From Lingula anatina (lineage: Eukaryota; Animalia; Brachiopoda): a stretch of DNA of 64,000 nucleotides. Location: the NCBI GenBank assembly GCA_051362555.1, contig CM120641.1, positions 11,346,001-11,410,000 on the forward strand, given 5' to 3'. The number at the start of each line of letters is the position of its first letter. Positions within the stretch are counted from its first letter, which is position 1. Made by a program: the position numbers and the translations under genes. Shown piece by piece: positions 60,551-64,000 of the stretch. The notes below the pieces were generated by a model, which saw nothing but the letters and a program-made list of their open reading frames with translations, ran no database searches and was not told where the DNA came from.

Positions 60551-62555
60551 ACAATTACTAAAAAACATTTAAACAAAACATAAAAATAATTCAGCTGCAG
60601 CTTCTATTGGCAACAGGCAGCTTGGTTTTTTAACATTCTGCATGTGTAATTCTGCATCTATCTTTCCTTCTTACTTGAAGTAAATGGATTGAGTGGATAG
60701 ATTTGAAAGCAGACATTTTCAGACACATATCAATTTACTGAGAAGTTCAGAGCTCTTTCTTTGACTCGGTGACTCACTTTTGACAACTCGTGTTCATTGT
60801 CATAACATACCATCCACCTTGTTCAATTTGACATCCATTTAAGCTACCTTCTGTGAATTCCAGAATGTATTAGAGAAGAAAACTTTAGGATGTGACAGAG
60901 ACACTGCGTTGGACAGTATCAAATCTTTTGCAGTTTGTGACAGAGATGATATAGCAATCTAGCTATACGTATACCTCAAGTAAAAGGTAGAAAAATGAAC
61001 AGAAAACAATGACAATGGGCAGAATAGAGTTATCATCACTTAGCATTATCCTCTATTCTTTGTTGTTTTTATTATTCACTGATATTTGAATTTTCTCTGA
61101 AATAAAAAGTCAAAGCAATTATATGTAAAGGATAGCATTGATGACTTAAACTATTTCAATAACAATATGTAGTCTATCATGTTCTAATTCTTTCATCAAC
61201 AGAACATAAACTGTTATCTTACCATGACTATTCAAAATAAGAACAAAAAACCTTTGAGATATGTCCCATAGCCAATTAGCCTGTAGATTGCCATGTGGCT
61301 ACATTTTATAGAAAAAAACAAAACTATGTATACACTAGGTAAGAAAATGAGGAAATGTAAATGTCAGAAAAAATCTATTAAAAACAATATCAGAATATAC
61401 TTTCAACATACTTTCATCAGGCATGTCTAATAAGGCACAGAAAAAAATGCCCTTAAAACTTTATTAATGCAGGCTGGCTAAGGTCTAGTGAGAGGAAAGG
61501 TAGAGCTAAGGTTTATGAAGGTATTCTCATTATAATAATTGAGTTGTAGTAAGCTAATGCCATCACTGACAGGTCATCACTACACCTCGTGAACTGTTCT
61601 TTGCTGAATGATCCAGGAACTAAAACAAACATATTGATTTATTCCTGTGTAACAGTGAATCATGATACCTCAATTTGTGGTAGTGACATAGTGCAATTCA
61701 TCAACATGCTCTTATAATTACTAAAATAAAGCATTAAAACCTCAAAAACAAACAAAAAAGTTTATATTTTGCCACATTTGTTTATTAATTTCTGTTTCAC
61801 CCCCCCCCCCCCTCCCATGTTCCTCATATAGCCAACATTTGGAGGTCAATTTCTATTGCATACAACGTGGAACCTACTTTGTTTTAATTTGTATTTCTTT
61901 GCCTCTGTGGTCCAAAATTTTTTCACCATGCGTATTTCACATTTACACTAACCTGTTTGAAAAAACCCTAGAATTAAAATTTCAACTGTGTGTTCATGCT
62001 TAGCACCAGTACTACTACTAGTACTTATTGTATGCAAATTTCCACTTTTTGTGACATGGAATGAAAATCAAATTGACAATTAGGGAAACTTTTGATGACT
62101 CATTTACAGCTCTAGGCATCTGAAAAAAATGACAGCCATGATGTCACTAAAACCTGAATAACATTTGATTTAAATATAAATCACTTATTCATGTTCTCAG
62201 ATATGTAGCTATCTTTGTATCAAATTTCTCAAGTTATATGTATATCATATCTATATCAAAATCTCAGGCTTAATTAGAAAACATGTGTGGACCTTAAATA
62301 CATTTGTATTCTATGATGTTCCAGTAATTTGGACTCGGTCATTATATATTACCAGAATCAGGGGTATTAACCTGAATAAAGTTTATGAATAATAAGAATC
62401 AACAATAAAACATATTTAAATCACTTCTTCAAGGTTTTTCATTGAGTTTACCACTTTAAAATCCATTTAATGCTTGGCCTACTACAGAAACTTTTTTTTT
62501 GCTACTTTGGAATTGAAAATAGAAGTAGCATCGATTTGATTATTATCGTCATAAC

Positions 62556-62619
62556 ATGTTGTCTGCCATATTGCCAAGATATTTGATGACGCTTTTCTTG
62601 GCAATATGGCAGACAACAT
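62556..62619. repeat. Perfect 24-bp inverted repeat with a 16-nt loop
   Basis: atgttgtctgccatattgccaaga / tcttggcaatatggcagacaacat. Confidence 0.9.
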
Positions 62620-62740
62620 AAACAAATTGTACTGTAACAGTGGTAAAACTTAGTTGCCTTTTCTACAGTTATGGATCATTTTCTCTAGTTCAATATCAAG
62701 AATTGAAGATTTGATAATGAACACCTGTTGATGTTCTGAC

Positions 62741-63002
62741 CAGGGGCAGATCCAGGATTATGTGAAGGGGGGTCCGCGGATGCCAAGCCAACCCCCCCCC
62801 CCCCCCCCCACCCACCCACCCCTCGGTGGCATTGGAAAAATATTTTGGTATTTAAGAGGATGAAGGGTGCCATTTGGTATGGTTTAAGCTATAATGCAGC
62901 TGTCAAAATTCCAATTTCAAGATGAGACCACTGCAGTGATTTTTTTTTCAGAAATCAAGGGGGGGTCAGGACCCCCCTGACCCTACTATAAATCCGCCAC
63001 TG
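62741..63002. mobile_element. hAT-like MITE with exact 8-bp TSD GTTCTGAC
   Basis: CAGGGGCAGATCCA...TAAATCCGCCACTG termini; TSD at 62733-62740 and 63003-63010. Confidence 0.9.
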
Positions 63003-63429
63003 GTTCTGACAGAATATACTAAACATAATAATATTGATTCCAGCAATTTAAATCATGCTTATGGTTGACTCCGGTAAATATGGTACCTTTGATTCCGGTA
63101 ATTTACCAATATGATCCATTATGACTAACTCCTACCCTATGCCTAAGTTTTAGGCCTTGCATGCTAGGTAATTACTTCGGGAATCGTAGGAAGTAAGGTC
63201 ATATAAAGAAGCATCCCCCCTTTACCTTAGTCTTCGGCTTTATACTGTAGGTAAAAAATACTGAGTCAAATCCTCCCCCTGACCATACATTAAGTCAATT
63301 TGTCCTACAGGAGACATCCCATTTCAGCTTTTAGCATTCCTTAAATAACCAGTCTTGACATCTCACATTCATATATTCTATAGATATTTACATAATAAAC
63401 GTATTGCTATATATCAAACTTATTCAAGT

Positions 63430-63800
63430 CAAGAGATATACCTCTATCGGCGCCTTTTCTGCCTTACACTCTTGATATTACTATTGTAAATTGTCCAAGG
63501 TCAAGGTAACAATTAGATAAAACGCGCGTATAGCACCTGATTTTACCAAATAAATATCATCTGCTGTGTTATTTGCAAATATAGATCGCATATTATGAAA
63601 TAATATAATATTTTTAGTGTTTAATATAATTTTTGTTCTATTTTGAGGATTATTTGAATGGAACAGGTTTTTACTGAAGCTGTAACTTTACATCGCGCAC
63701 CTGTTACTGGTAAATAAAGATGGCTGCAGCGGTCAGATTGCGCGTATCAGTGCGAGGTAAGGTTTTGGGATCAGGGATCTTGCATGGTTCGATACAAGTT
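63430..63800. promoter_or_regulatory. CpG-rich putative bidirectional promoter shared by hyccin and the divergent gene
   Basis: Local CpG cluster (ggcgcc, acgcgcgt, tcgcgc, tgcgcg) against a CpG-poor gene body; CCAAGGTCA nuclear-receptor half site at 63495-63503. Hyccin's non-coding first exon could not be placed exactly. Confidence 0.5.
63720..63756 (+). CDS. Probable first coding exon of a divergent gene (MAAAVRLRVSVR..., mitochondrial-presequence-like)
   Basis: AAGATGGCTGC start context in a CpG-rich region; strong donor GAG|gtaagg at 63757; Ala/Arg-rich peptide with no acidic residues. Confidence 0.6.
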
Positions 63801-64000
63801 CGTTTAACCTGTCTTACTTTAAATCAGTGAAATCAGCAATGAACTAAATATTTTAAATAAAGACAAAACATAAATGTAAATTTACAGCTAAATTATAAAA
63901 TAACATCAAGATTCAAGATCACAGACTCATAACCCCACGGAATTGCAAAGAAATTGTATATAATACAAGCAATTACATATAAAAATTATTTAAATCTGCC

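Overview
AT-rich, CpG-depleted animal (invertebrate, possibly lophotrochozoan) genomic DNA. Most of the window is one minus-strand gene, hyccin (HYCC1/FAM126, scaffold subunit of the PI4KIIIalpha-TTC7-EFR3 complex). I reconstructed it as 11 GT-AG coding exons (59608 to 12935) with consistent phases, giving 508 aa. A CpG-rich region at the right end holds a probable first exon of a divergent + strand gene (MAAAVRLRVSVR). A second CpG-rich region at about 8.8-9.9 kb holds a probable first exon of the next minus-strand gene and a possible antisense TATA promoter. The main surprise lies in hyccin coding intron 3: a heavily decayed, intron-containing + strand gene (about 42.55-47.26 kb). Its remnants read, by eye, as three tandem TIR-like domains followed by an IRE1/RNase L-type kinase and a KEN ribonuclease domain. 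This TIR-TIR-TIR-kinase-KEN architecture is one I do not recognise from described proteins. The introns also carry many non-autonomous DNA transposons (5-bp and 8-bp TSD hAT-like, Harbinger-like, Kolobok-like, TA-flanked), LINE remnants, minisatellites and microsatellites. All homology calls come from manual translation and remembered family motifs; no searches were run.
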